A stretch of DNA of 64,000 bases from Cyanophora paradoxa CCMP329 (Eukaryota; Plantae; Glaucophyta). Below are positions 1 to 11,650 of the stretch, one piece after another. Location: the NCBI GenBank assembly GCA_004431415.1, contig QPMI01000005.1, positions 496,001-560,000 on the forward strand, written 5' to 3'. The notes beneath the pieces were generated by a model. The model had not been told where the DNA came from. It saw only the letters and a program-made list of their open reading frames with translations, and did no database searches. The stretch's first letter is position 1, and every line of letters begins with the position of its first letter. Made by a program: the position numbers and the translations under genes.

Positions 1-71
1 CCGCCTCCCCCCCCCCCCCCCCCCCACCCCACATCCTTACCTGTACCCACGCGGGCCCCGCCCCGCGGCAG

Positions 72-422
72 CCGTTCGGGCGCACTGCGACGGCGGAGGA
101 GATCGCCGAGGACCCCAACTGCGCCATCTGTCCGCCCCCTCCTCCCCCGCCCCTCGCGCCCGGCCCCTCACGTCCTTCTCCTCCCCCGCAGGCCACGACG
201 CGATGCGCGGCGCCGTCATCCTCGCCTGCGGACACGTGCGCGGGGGCCTCGCCGCCCCCCGCCCGCCCCCGCTCACCCGCCTCGCAGACGTTCTGCCAGG
301 GGTGCGTGGAGGCGTGGTTCGAGCGGGAGCGCTCCTGCCCGCTCTGCCGCGCCTTCGTCCGCGCCGCCGGCCTCGGCCGCCACGCCGACGGCTCCACCCC
401 GCTCCTCCCCGTCGTCTTCTAG
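72..422 (+). CDS. 3' end of RING-HC finger protein, RNFT1/2-like (5' part outside window)
   Basis: Three exons joined over two GT-AG introns give ...[45 protein letters not shown]...[13 protein letters not shown]. This is a C3HC4 RING with the DG(S/A)T tail typical of RNFT proteins. Confidence 0.8.
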   Translation, partial: [116 protein letters not shown]

Positions 423-1347
423 CGCCTCCCCCCCCCCCGCCCGCCCCCCCCCCCCCCCCCCCCCCCCCCCCGCTCCGCGTGCTGTCACCCCGGTAGAGTA
501 GCATAGCTTCGGTCAACATGGGCACCCCCGATGTGCTGCCAACTGGAGGGGGCCTCGGGGCGCGCCGTACCCGCTTGAGCTGGAGGTGGGGCGGGCAGGG
601 CCAACGGAACTTTCATCAGGGGATATCAAAGATATCGGGAATAACTCAAGAGACTCTCAGATTCTGAGAGAATAAAATGCAGAAAGCTCAACGATAGCTC
701 GTAACGCAAGGACTGATCCTGCAGCCTCGGGCCCGTCCGCCCGAGCAAGTTCGACTTGGCGAATCCAGATCCGATTATCAGTTGCTGCAGCTCCAGCCTG
801 CAGTTGACAGCCTTCAGGGCCCGGGGCCCTGCAGCGGAACCCGCCCCGCGGCAATCTTACTAAGTCAAGCCTTGAAGTGTGCAGCCTGAGCATCATCATG
901 GCATCACTTACACAAGTACATCATCATCTCTAGAGCATCATGATCATGATGCTCGCCGAGTCGAGAGAGCTCGAGGCGCTCAGCGGCTTGCTCAGACACT
1001 TGATCAAGCCCTCGTCTTAGAACCTGGAAGTCTTAGCTCAAGTCACTGCATGCGCAGCTGAGTCTTTCGCAAAGCCCAGCAGCTGAGTCACTGCCAGGCG
1101 GATCATCGGATCGCCCCTCTCCGAGGCTGTCAGGCTGCGCGTCGGCCGGGGGCCTTCGGACTCTGAGAGGCTGAATGAGTCATTTATCGGCCCCTTCGTG
1201 TGGGAGCCCTCTAAGAGAATGAGTCATTTATCGGCCCCTTCGTGCCACGGTGTGGAAGCCCTCTAAGAACTTAGACTCTGAGAGCCACTTCGGCGCTAGC
1301 TCTAGTGTACATATCATGATCAGGATTCACATTCTCTATTCCGAACG

Positions 1348-4300
1348 TTAACGTTCATCAGCCACGAGCACGAGCACTCGAGCTCCCATTAACGGCAGGG
1401 CAGCGAGGGCCTGCCGGACGGCCTCCGTCCGCGCGTGCCCCGCCCCGAACGCCGCCTCGTACCCCACCAGCGCCTCCTGCGGAAAACGAGAGTGGGCGTT
1501 TCATCGGCGGGGTACACTGGAACGCTAGCGCTTCGGCCTGACCTGGAAGAGCTTGCGGGCGGCGGCGTGCTCGCCGAGGTGCGCGAGGAGGCCCGCGTAG
1601 TTGCGCGCCGCCATCGCCGTCGTCGCGTGCCGCGCGCCCAGCGCCCGCCGGTACGCCGCAAGCGCACCCTGCCCGAGGAACGCGCGCTCATTTTGGCATT
1701 CGCCGAAATCGTACCCGAAATGATTCTCGCTGTGGGAGCCCGCGCCTCGTAGAGGGCGCGGGCGCGCGCGAGGTCGCCGAGCTGGCCGAGAAGCCCCGCA
1801 AGGTTGTGCGCCGTCCCCGCCGGCGCCGTCGTCGGGTGCCCCGGCCCCAGCGCCACCTCCTGCGCCCCCAGCGCCTCCTGCCCGCCCCCGTCCCCGCTCG
1901 GATCAGACCCGCTCGGATGCGGTTCGGGTCCGAGCGGCGCGCGCGCGGGCCTCGTAGAGGTCGCGGGCGGCGGCGAGCTCTCCCGCGTCCTCGAGGAGGC
2001 CCGCGTAGTTGCGCGCCGCCGTCGCCGTGTCCGGGTGCCCCGCCGGCAGCGACCGCCTGAACGCCCCGAGCGCCCTCTGCGCGCGCGCCCATTAAGTCAA
2101 GCCGCACAGGCCGCGCCGTCGACTCGCGGGCCTCGAAGAGGGGCCGGGCGGCCGCGAGGTTGCCCTCGGCGCGGAGCGCGTTCGCGAGGTTGTGCGCCGC
2201 CATCGCCGTCTCGGGGTGCTCCGGCCCCAGCGCCGCCCCCCGCACCCGCAGCGCCTCCTGCCTGAGATCACATCAGATCAGATCAGATCAGATCTGAGCG
2301 GCGTCGGGCTCGGGCGCGCCTCGTACAGGGCGCGGGCCTCTGCGCGCTGGCCGGTCTCGAAGAGGAGGCCGGCGAGGCCGACGGCGGCGCTGGCGGCGTC
2401 CGGGTGCTCGGGCCCCTGCGCCCGCCGCCGCGCCCGCAGCGCCTCCTCGTACAGCGGCCGCGCCGCCGCGTGCTCGCCCCTCTCCCGCAGGCACAGCGCG
2501 AGGGCCTGCATCGCCCCCGCCGTGTCGGCGTGCTCGGGCCCCAGCGCCGCCCGGTACGCCTCGAGCGCCTCCTGCGTACGTGCATGAACGGACTTCAGAC
2601 TTGGCCACCACGATCACAAGAATTTAAAGGCGCGCCTCGCAGAGGGTCTGCGCCTCCTCAAAGCGGCCGAGCTCCCTGAGGGCGAGCGCGAGGCCCAGCT
2701 TGGCCCCCGCCGCGTCCGGGTGGCCGTCCCCCAGCGCCTCCCGCCGCACCCGCAGCGCCCCCTGCCCCGCGCGCGCTCAGGGCCGGGCGGACGCCGGCCG
2801 CGGGCGCGCCGGGCGCGTCTCCGGACCCTCGAACATCTCGGCGGCCTCCTCGTAGCGGCCCTGCTGGCTGAGCAGCGTCCCCAGGCCCACCACGCTGGCG
2901 GCCGTCCGCAGGTGGCCGGCCCCCAGCACCCCTTCGAACGTCTCCATCGCCTCCTGCGCGCGCGAGCCCTTCAGCTCAGCCTCGGCCGCCGGCAAAGGAG
3001 GAGGCAAGGAGGCGCGGGCCTGGACGAAGGGGACGCCCTCCCCGGCGCGGCCCATGGCGCCTAGGACCTCCGCGGCGCTGCAGAGCTCCGGGGCCCGCGC
3101 GCGGCCGGTTCCGAGGCCCAGCGCCGCGCCGTAGCGCGCGGCCGCCTCCGCCTCGAGCCCCGCGGCGCGCCAGAGCGACGCCGCCTCCAGCCGGTTGAGG
3201 CGATCCAGCACGTCGTAGTCGCACAGGAGCGCGGCGAGCGCCCCCGCGCGCTCGGGCCCCGCGCGGGCGAGGGCCCAGGGCGCCTCCTCCGCGCGCCGCC
3301 GGCCCGGCGGCTGCGCGGCGAAGAAGGCCCCGAGGCGCACGTGGGCGCCGCGCCGCGCCGGGCCCGCCTCGTCCTCAAGCCCGAACTCCGCCTCCGCCGC
3401 CTGCGCCCGCACAGCCCGCGCAGGCGTCAGCGCTTGCCTCGAACTCCGAAGGCGGGCGGGGCGGGGCGCGGCGCGCCTCGGCGGCGCAGCGGTGGAAGAA
3501 GCCGTAGAGCCCCTCTGCCGGCGGCGTCGGTGTCGGCGGCCGCGAAGGCGGGGCGGGGCCGGAGGGCGGGCGCGGCCCCGCGGCGCGCACCGCGGCAGAC
3601 GAGGAGGGCAGCAGCTCGTACCAGAGGGAGGACCACGCGACCTGCGCCCCCGTCAGCTCGCTCCACCTCGCGCGGACGCGGGGCGGCGCGGGCTCGGGCG
3701 CGCCCACGCCGAGGAGGGCCGCCAGCTCCGCCTCGGCGACGCCGTGGCGGGCGCAAGCGACGGCGCCGGCGGCGCCGGCGACGAGGCCGGCGCCGTGGCG
3801 GGCGGCGAGGCGGCGGAGGAGGTGCCGGAAGAGCCCGGGGGGGTCCCCGCAGGCCAGGAGCGCCCCGATGTCCTCGTCGAGGCGCGCGTGCACCGAGGTC
3901 GACGAGAGCTCCTCCAGCAGCGTCGTCAGGAAGAGGGGGTTCGCGCAGGGCGCCGCCCCCGCCACCCGCTCCGCCTGCGCCTCCGAGAGCGCCCGACCCT
4001 GCCCCCCCCCGGCGGTCACGGCGCGCCCGAGCAGGGCGGGGCGGGCGGCACGCCTGCTCTGCGAGGGTCGCCTCGAGGACGCGGCGGCGGCGGGGGGCGT
4101 CGAGGGGCCGCAGCTCGCGGGGCGCGAGGGGCCGGCCCGGGGCGGCGAGGGCGGCGAGGGCGGGCCCCGGGAGGCAGGAGACGAGGAGGCGGAGGGAAGG
4201 TCCGGCGGCGTCCGGGAGCCAGGCGAGCCGCCGGGCCGCGGCCGCCGCGTCGCCCTGCAGCTGGTCGAGCCCGTCCACCACCAGCACGAGGCGGGAGGGC

Positions 4301-6487
4301 CAGCGCCCCGCCCCCGACGCCAGCGCCGCCCTGCGCCCTCTGAGGACGCCCCAGGGGCGGTCGCACTCGGGATCGGGGATCGGGGGCGGACCGGAGGCGG
4401 GGCGCGACCTCGGCGTCGGGGCCGGAGGCGTCGAGGGGCGGCTCGCGGGGCCAGCGGGCGCGCAGCTCCTCGGAGACGCGGCGGGCGAGGGTGGCGAGCG
4501 CCGCGCTGCCCCGCGAGGCCCCACGAAGTGCGCGACGGTCAGGTCCCCAGGGCGCCCCGCCGCCCACCGCCGGCTCCAGTTCGCCAGCAGCGCTGCCGGC
4601 CCCGCCTGAGCTCGCCCGGGCCGCCGCTGCGCGTGCCGGACGGGCCGCACCGGTCTTGCCGGAGCCGCCGGGGCCCGTCAGGACGAGCAGCTCGGGCCCG
4701 TCCCCGGCGGCGTAGTCGTCCAGGGCCGCCGCGTCCGCCTCGTCGCCCGCGAAGACCCGCACCCGCGACGCCGCGAACGCTTCCTGTCATCGGCGGTGTG
4801 CACGTGCTGGTACCGGTGCTAGGAGCTTTCGAAGGGCGAGGCGGACCTGCCCGGCCCGCTCCGCCTCCAGCCACGAGCGCTCCCCCTCCGCCGGGTACTC
4901 GCTCTCGACCATCTGCCCCGGCCCGGCCCGCGCCGGCCCCCAATCAGCTTTCGAAAGACTCGCCGCCGCTGGATTCGGCCCCGCGCACCGACGTGAGCTC
5001 GTCGCGCAGGGCGAGGGCGAGCTGCGCGGGGTCGCTGTACCCCCGGACGGGCAGCCCGCTCGCGGCGATCCGCGCCTTTAGAGCCCGCAGGCGCCGCGCG
5101 GCATGCGGGCCCTCGCCGACCCCGCCGGCCCCGCCGGCCTTCGCCCCCGCCTCCCGCGCCAGCGCCTCGTCCGCCACGTAGAAGAGGCTCCGGCCCCGCG
5201 CACCCTGGCCACGCACGGCCCCGTCTCGCTCCCCCGGGGAGGGGAAGGGAGGGGGGGAGAGGTCAGGGGGTACCTGCACGTCGAGGAGGGCCCCGGCCAG
5301 GATTTCTGCACCCCGCCCGCGCCAGTCAGGGGCCCGGGGCCGGGGCCGGTGATCCCGCGAGGGCGGCGGGCCGCACCGATCTCCGTCACGGAGCGGTCGC
5401 TCCACTCGGCGACCCACGGGAACTCCTCCGCCGCCCGCTGCAGGTTCCTGCGCACGCACCGCCCTCGACCCGGCCCCGCCCTCGGAGTCGGCGGGGCCGG
5501 CGCGCGTGCGCACAGCGTGAAGAGGGCGTTCCCTGCGGCGTCAGGGGGCTCGGCCGGGTCCAGGTGCCTGTGTGCGCAACGGCGATATCGATCGATCAGA
5601 CAAGGCGCGCGGGGCGACGGGCGAGCGCGGCCGGCGGCTGGGCCGGAGGCGGACCATCCGTAGCGGCCTGCGGGCGCGAGCGCGCGGGCCGACAGGGCGT
5701 CAGGGCGCGCGCGTGCCGGGGCGGGGCGGGCGGGGCGGGCGGGGCGGGGCGGGGCGGGGCGGGCGGGGCGGGGGCGCGCGCCCTTGAGAAAGGCGACGAA
5801 GTGGGTGCAGCGGGCGACCTCGCGGAGGCAGAGGCGCGTGACGAGGCCCCGCGCGCACGCCTCGTCCGTGATGCCCCACCTGCACGCGCGCGCTCTTTAG
5901 TTTCGCGCCGGCGCGGGCCCGGCGGGGCGGGCGGGCGCGCCTGAGGTCGACGGAGTGGTAGAAGAGGCCGCGGGAGGCGCAGAGGGCCCTCAGGGGGGGG
6001 TCCACCAGCTCCCGCACGCGGTCCCGCTCCGCCTGCATGTCCTGGAACGTCGAGCTGCCGGCCGCGCCCGCGGGCCGGGGCGCAGGTCGGCCGGCAGCGG
6101 CGGGGAACGAGGCGGGGCGCGCGCGCATCTCAGGAAGACCCGCACGACGCGCCGCTGCGCGCCCTCGAGCTCGCGCCGTGCCGGCCCGGCCGCGGCAGCA
6201 TGCGCAGGGGGCGCTGCGAGCTTGACGCCCGCACTCCGATACTCGACGGGAATCATTTGCGTGCCATCAGAGCCTGAGAGGGGCGAAGCGTGTGCCGGGG
6301 GCCTGCAGCTGGCCGGCGCCCCATGCCCAGATTTCGGCCGCGGAGCGCTAGCGCGCAGCTGCTCCTCCGAGTCAGGCGGGAAAACGACGTCCACGCTAAC
6401 TTCTTTTGGTGGCAGCTTTGAGGTCTCCTTGAAAGACTGAGGCGACACGCCGCTCAGCGGACGCGACTTGCATGCGCAGCAGCCCAT
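1348..6487 (-). CDS. DUF4062-NACHT(STAND)-TPR protein, nephrocystin-3-like, ~23 introns
   Basis: Spliced motifs: RVFLSSTFQDMQAER, VDLRWGIT, LKGRYGW, SVTEIEI (DUF4062); Walker A GPGGSGKT; Walker B LVLVVDGLDQL; ANPLFL; GLYGFFH; kinesin-light-chain-type TPRs (LGPEHPETAMAAHNLA). N-terminus is MGCCAC. Three 1-nt frame breaks fall in G/C homopolymers (~4521, ~3607, ~2760). Confidence 0.85.
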
Positions 6488-7020
6488 GACGCCGCAGCTG
6501 CACGCGAGCGTACGTGCCCTATAACTGCTATTACAATGGTGCCATGACTATATGTGGCCGTCCGGGCCTGGGATCGGACGGCTTGTGCCTGTCAACGGCG
6601 AGTGACGCCGTGTCACAGGCAGCTCGAGCTTGGTTGGAGAGCTACTAGGTCCTAGCTAGAGCACGGATCCGACGCTGTTACCTGCGCGTCCGAGGCGAAG
6701 AGCGCAAGCTGGGCCACCCCAGTTGTCGTATCGCGTACCCGTATCACAGCCTTCCTTGGTCTTCGCGGTGGTTGCCGTAAGCCTGCAGCGATGTCGGAGG
6801 CTGCTAATACATGGTGCGCACGCGTTGTTGTCCCCTTCCGAAAACCAGACCCGCCGGCTGACTGCGGTCCTCTAGGGGCCTCTGGTGCGCTCGCCACTGC
6901 TCGATCTGCACTCATGCGCAGGAAGCCCGTCTTGACTCGTCTAACGCGATGCGCCCGCTATCGCTCTTCATTGTATCAGGCAAAAGGTCCGTGGGTCGGG
7001 CTGCCGTCGGTGCGCCGGAC

Positions 7021-8273
7021 ATGACCGAGTTCCTTTTGCAGCTCAACATGTTCTGCGCCGGACGCTCTTGCTCTAAGAGCGCGTTCGAGGTCCGCCGTTC
7101 GCCCTCCTACTACAGTACTTTGAACTTCCATCGCCGTGCTCACGCCTCCCGTCGTCGATGCAGGGTTATATTCCGTGCGACTTGCCTTTTCCATCTCTCC
7201 GCATCGCCACCCCGCGTCTAACGCTATTGCGAACCGCCGGCTCGGCCTATCCGCAGGATGGTGCGCGGCGCTTGTTTTCCCTTGAATGCCCTTCGCAGAG
7301 AGACGCGCTGACATCCTGTTCCTCTTTGCAGATTCCGGATACTCCTTCTCTTCCTTTCGGACAAAGCATTGACGACCTCCCCACCGTGCGCGTCGCGTTG
7401 CCTCCGAAACCACCGCCAGCAAGCGCAGGCGCGCTGACCGGCGCCGCGGCCGTCGCTGCAGTGCCCTCCCTGTCTTATCTATGAGAGCTACTACACAAAG
7501 GAGCGAGCGCTGGGATATTGCAAGTCCTGCGGTCCGCACCCCGCCGTCCCCGCAGTCGATCGCTCGAGTAACATGCAGCTCAGGTGGCGACGTGCGGGAT
7601 CAATCGTGCACGTACTGCGCAAGCTGCGCGCGTAGCTTACGGGTCTGCTACTTCTGCGGGCTATCCGCCTTCCAGGTTCGGCCCGGCCGCAGGCGCCTGG
7701 CGGCATCGCCGCTCAGAGCGGCCGCAGAGCGCAGAGGAGTGGATGCAGACGATCGAGGAGGTGGCGGCGAAGGAGATCGCTCGGCTTAGCACGGGCCCCT
7801 TCGCGCCGAGCTCGCCGCGGAAACAGGGGCCGGACGGCGAGGGCGGGGCGGACGGGCAGGCACCGGCGGACGCGCCGGCGCAGTCGCCGGAGGAGGCGGC
7901 GGCAGCGGCGGCGGCGGCGGCGATGGCGGCTGTGCAGGCGGCGGCGAGCGGGGCGCCGCCGCCGCCGGCGAGCGCCTCGATGGTGGACGTCGACCTCGTC
8001 GACGAGACGGAGGCCAACTTCGCGGCCATGCTCCGGGACGAGTGGCTCATCTTTGTCCGCGTCTGGCGCCTCCTCCTCAACCGGCGCGCCCCCGCCCGCC
8101 GCTCCGCCCCGCCGCTCGCGATCGCTCGCCCCGGCGCGTCGCGCTGACGGACGCCCCGCAGGACGCCGACGCCCGTCGCGACTAGGATCTTCTACATGCG
8201 TGCGGAGTACGTCGCCTTAGCCGAGGAGATGCGAATACAGATGAGCGCCGGTGTGCGCGGCAAGCTCGTGTAG
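7021..8273 (+). CDS. Cys-rich protein with CRIPT-like zinc-binding domain and C-terminal extension
   Basis: Spliced product contains CPPC...CKSCGGDVRDQSCTYCASCARSLRVCYFCG, with the CxxC-x10-YCxxCA-x5-CxxCG spacing of CRIPT. The frame is kept through 11-nt and 4-nt micro-exons. Stop TAG at 8271-8273. Confidence 0.65.
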
Positions 8274-8532
8274 CGCAAGCGGTTAGGTCCCGTAGGTTTA
8301 GCTGTTAGCTGGGCAGGGGTCTAGGTATGCAGTGCGTACAGCAGGACTCTTTGTATTTAGGTATCGCAAGGCCTTTACGAAAAACAACAGATATTGCTGC
8401 AGCACATCGACTGCGAGCCTAGGAGCCGAGAAATGCACTCCTGGCTGGTATGTTCGGATGCAAACTAGGAAATTAAAGTTCAAGTTAAACCCTAAACTAG
8501 GACCTAGGCCGCGGCTTCCGCCCGCACGGCTA

Positions 8533-11092
8533 CTACGACGAGGTGCTGGCGACGGCGTCGCCGCCCGAGGGCCCCTCGCCGCCGTCCCCGTCGCCCGGCG
8601 AGTCGCCGGCCACGAAGCCCGCCGAGACGAGGAAGTCGTAGATGCGCCCCGTCTTGTTCACGTCTGCCGGCGCCGCAGTGAGCCCGGGCGCCATGGGCGG
8701 GGCGGGGCGGGGCGCACCCATCTTGACGAGGGTGCGGGCGACGGCCTTGCGGAGGTGGCCGCGCTTGACGCCCTCCATCACGAGCGTGTCCTTGACGCGC
8801 AGGTACGTCTCCGGCTCGAGCCGCAGCGTGCTGCAGAGCTCCTGCTCGCGCTGCGAGAGCAGCTCGCCGCCCCGCATCCCCTGCACGTCCAGCGGCGGCG
8901 GCCGCGCGTTGTTCGGCCGCAGCCGCCGCGGGTCGCCGGCCGCCAGGGCGCTCATGGCGGCCACGCGCTCCGCGTCCCGCTGCTTGGCGATACCCGGCAG
9001 GGGCGACGGGAGCGCCTCGTCGCGCTTCAGGCGGCGCAGCGCGGAGACGTGCGCCTGCGCGGCGGCGCCGAAGAGGTTCTTGCCGCCGAAGTAGCCGCCC
9101 CGCGCGCGCCGGTTCAGCATGTCCTTCTCCCGCCGGTCCCGCTCCTGGTCGTACTGGAGGCCCTCGGCGACCGTGCGGATGCCGACCTCGCGGTACTGCT
9201 TCAGCTGCTCGATCGTGCGCCGCAGCTGCCGCTCCCGCGCCAGCCCCGCCACCAGCTCGTCGTACTCCTGCTGCGGCATGAAGCGCGAGAAGAGCTGCAG
9301 CCGCTTGTGCAGGTTGTCCCGGTCCGCCTCCTGCCGGGCGCGGCGCGGCGCGGCGCGCGTCAACCGGCGAGCGTCCCAAGGGCGCGACAGCCGGCCGGCG
9401 CCCCCGGCGCGGCGCACCTTCATGCGCTCCTTCTCCTTCTTCTGTGTCTTCTTGACGTCGAGGAGGCCGCGCTCGAGCACGAACTGCTTCCGCAGCGCGC
9501 GCTCGTCCAGCCGCGAGTTGTACACGTTCAGCGCCTTGATCTTCATCTCTGCCGCGCGCCTCGCTCAGCACGAGGGCGGGGCGGGGCGGGGCGGGGCGGG
9601 GCGGGGCGGGGCGGGGCGGGGAAGGGAGGGGGCGCACTCCGCTCGATCTCGGTGTCGTCGTCCGAGAAGATCATATCCGCGATGAAGATCTCGGCGTCCT
9701 GCGGGCGACGGGGTCCGGGCGGGGGCCGGGGTGAGAAGCGGGGCGGAAGGCGGCAAGGCGGCCCGTGGATGGGATGCGGCGCGGCCGACCTGGTCCCACT
9801 CGGTCTCGAAGTCGCCTCTCCTCGGGATGAAGCCCGCGGCGTCCGGCAGGTTCTGGGAGCCCCCCTGCGAGCCCAAGGGTGAGGGGAGGGCGCCGGGTCG
9901 GCACCAGGCGGGGGGGGGCGCCTTGGGCTTCCCCTTTTGCGCGTTCGTCGCGCGGCTCGCGGCGCCGGCCGCGGTCTTGAGCTTCGTCTGCATTATGTAG
10001 TCCTTGACTTCTGCGGGGCAAGCTAAGAAACGGCGCGGGCGAAGGGTCGGGGGCAGGGCGCGGCGGACCGGGGATGACGCCCTGGGCGACGACCTCCAGG
10101 ATGTTCGCGGGGCCGCCCTCGATCTTCTTCCCGTTATCGTACTTGGGTCGCGACAGGACGCGAGCCACGTCCTGCGGCGAGGGCGGGTCGGCCTCCACCG
10201 CGCCGGGGCGCAGGGACGTCCAGCGGGCGCGCACGGGCTCCGGTGCGGTTGGCCCCGTGATATAAACCTCGTAGTAGTGCCTTTGGCAGTCATCCGCCGG
10301 CTTACCCACGTGCTCCGCCACGTCTGTCCAGTTGCCAAGGCCGAAGTTCTCGATGCCCTCCTGCGCGGGCAGAGAGCGCCTTAGAAACTGCGAGAATGAC
10401 CTTATGCAAAGCTCTCCGCGGCCTAGGCGAACCAGCAGGAGCAGCTCGTCGCTAGCTGCAGGGCCGAATAAGCGAACGCGCGGGGAGCACAAGGAAAGGG
10501 CGGCGCACCACCCCAGTCCTCCGTAAAGAAAGGGAATTGAGCATTCTCCTGCACCGCGGCGTAAATGTGAGCGATCGCAGGCGCGCGGAGGCACTAGAGC
10601 GCGCAAGTGAAAGGTCCACGAACCATGCCGTTGTACGGGTGATCCCGCTTGTGTGTGCCAACCTCGGCGCCTACAGAGAAGCACGTAATGCACATCTCGA
10701 AGTCCCGGCAAACTGCCGCTAGGCGTCAACGCGAGGAAGCTGCAGAGCGGGCCGCGGCGGTGCTATCCGAACCAGCGCATTTGACTTTGATCTCTTTCGT
10801 GATGTCGACACCGCAAATCTGGCACTTTCCAGGCCCTGGGGGCTCACGGGGCGGCGGTGCTGCCGCTGCGCAAGTCCGCAGGTGAACGCGTCAGAAGGAA
10901 ACGAGAAGGGCAAGGGCGGCTTACGTTCTGCTACTTCCTCCTGCTTCACGGCGGAGGCGGTATCCGAGTCGGTGCGCTTCCGTTTGCCGCTGCGTCGGGC
11001 ATCAGGGCGCCGTCGGCCAACGCACTAGCAAACGGCGATCTAACAGCACATCGTTATCGTGCAAGTGCGGGATCGCACCGGGCTCCCTCCAT
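8533..11092 (-). CDS. ADA2: Transcriptional adaptor ADA2 (ZZ finger, SANT, ADA boxes, SWIRM)
   Basis: CQICGVDI...VKCAVCRDFEMCITCFSVGAE...HKRDHPY (ZZ); DELLLLEGIENFGLGNWTDVAEHVG (SANT); GFIPRRGDFETEWDQDAE; YNSRLDER; LLSQREQELCSTLRLEP...DVNKTGRIYDFL (SWIRM). Start codon inferred. Confidence 0.93.
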
Positions 11093-11650
11093 TGTGAGCA
11101 GAAGACAAGCGCGGCTGCAGCCCTGTCCAGCGGGGGGAGTACGCTTGCCGAGTCCGTTGCAACTAGCCCACAATTTGATCGCGCGCGCGCGTGCGCACAG
11201 CTGCAGGCCCGGGCGCCCTGGCCCGGCCCGGAGATCTAGATCTACATCTAGAGCTAGGAGCCTATAGCTAGGCGCGGCCCCTCTATAGCTATAGCTAGCT
11301 ATCATAGTACGTATAGATCTTTTCAAATGCGCAGCCTGACAGGCAGCGCTAGCCGCTGAGCTGCAGCTGCATGCATATGCGCATGCCGCAGTGCGCGCTC
11401 AGGATCGCACCTGTGCATGCGCGCGGGCGGCCTCTCGAGCTCAGAGTCTCATTCGCACTGCGGCATCATTTCAAGTTTGAATATAAGACATGTACAGGAC
11501 AGTTGCAACAATAAAATCGAAAATCGTAACGACAGTGAGATTTAGATGGATATATATCTATAGCTCGACGGACGCCTTAGAACATTGCAGTGCCACGCAA
11601 CACACTATAACCAGGTTAAAAAGCTGACTCTGTAAACGGGACAGACGTCG

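Noticed and set aside
1170-1270. Direct repeat GAATGAGTCATTTATCGGCCCCTTCGTG x2
   Set aside because: Only two copies ~43 bp apart; a simple local duplication with no element structure.
2755-4525. NACHT-TPR gene (and calpain near 13955) as pseudogenes or programmed frameshifts
   Set aside because: The NACHT-TPR breaks are 1-nt differences in G/C homopolymers, and similar differences occur between near-identical array units. Assembly error is more likely, though unverified.
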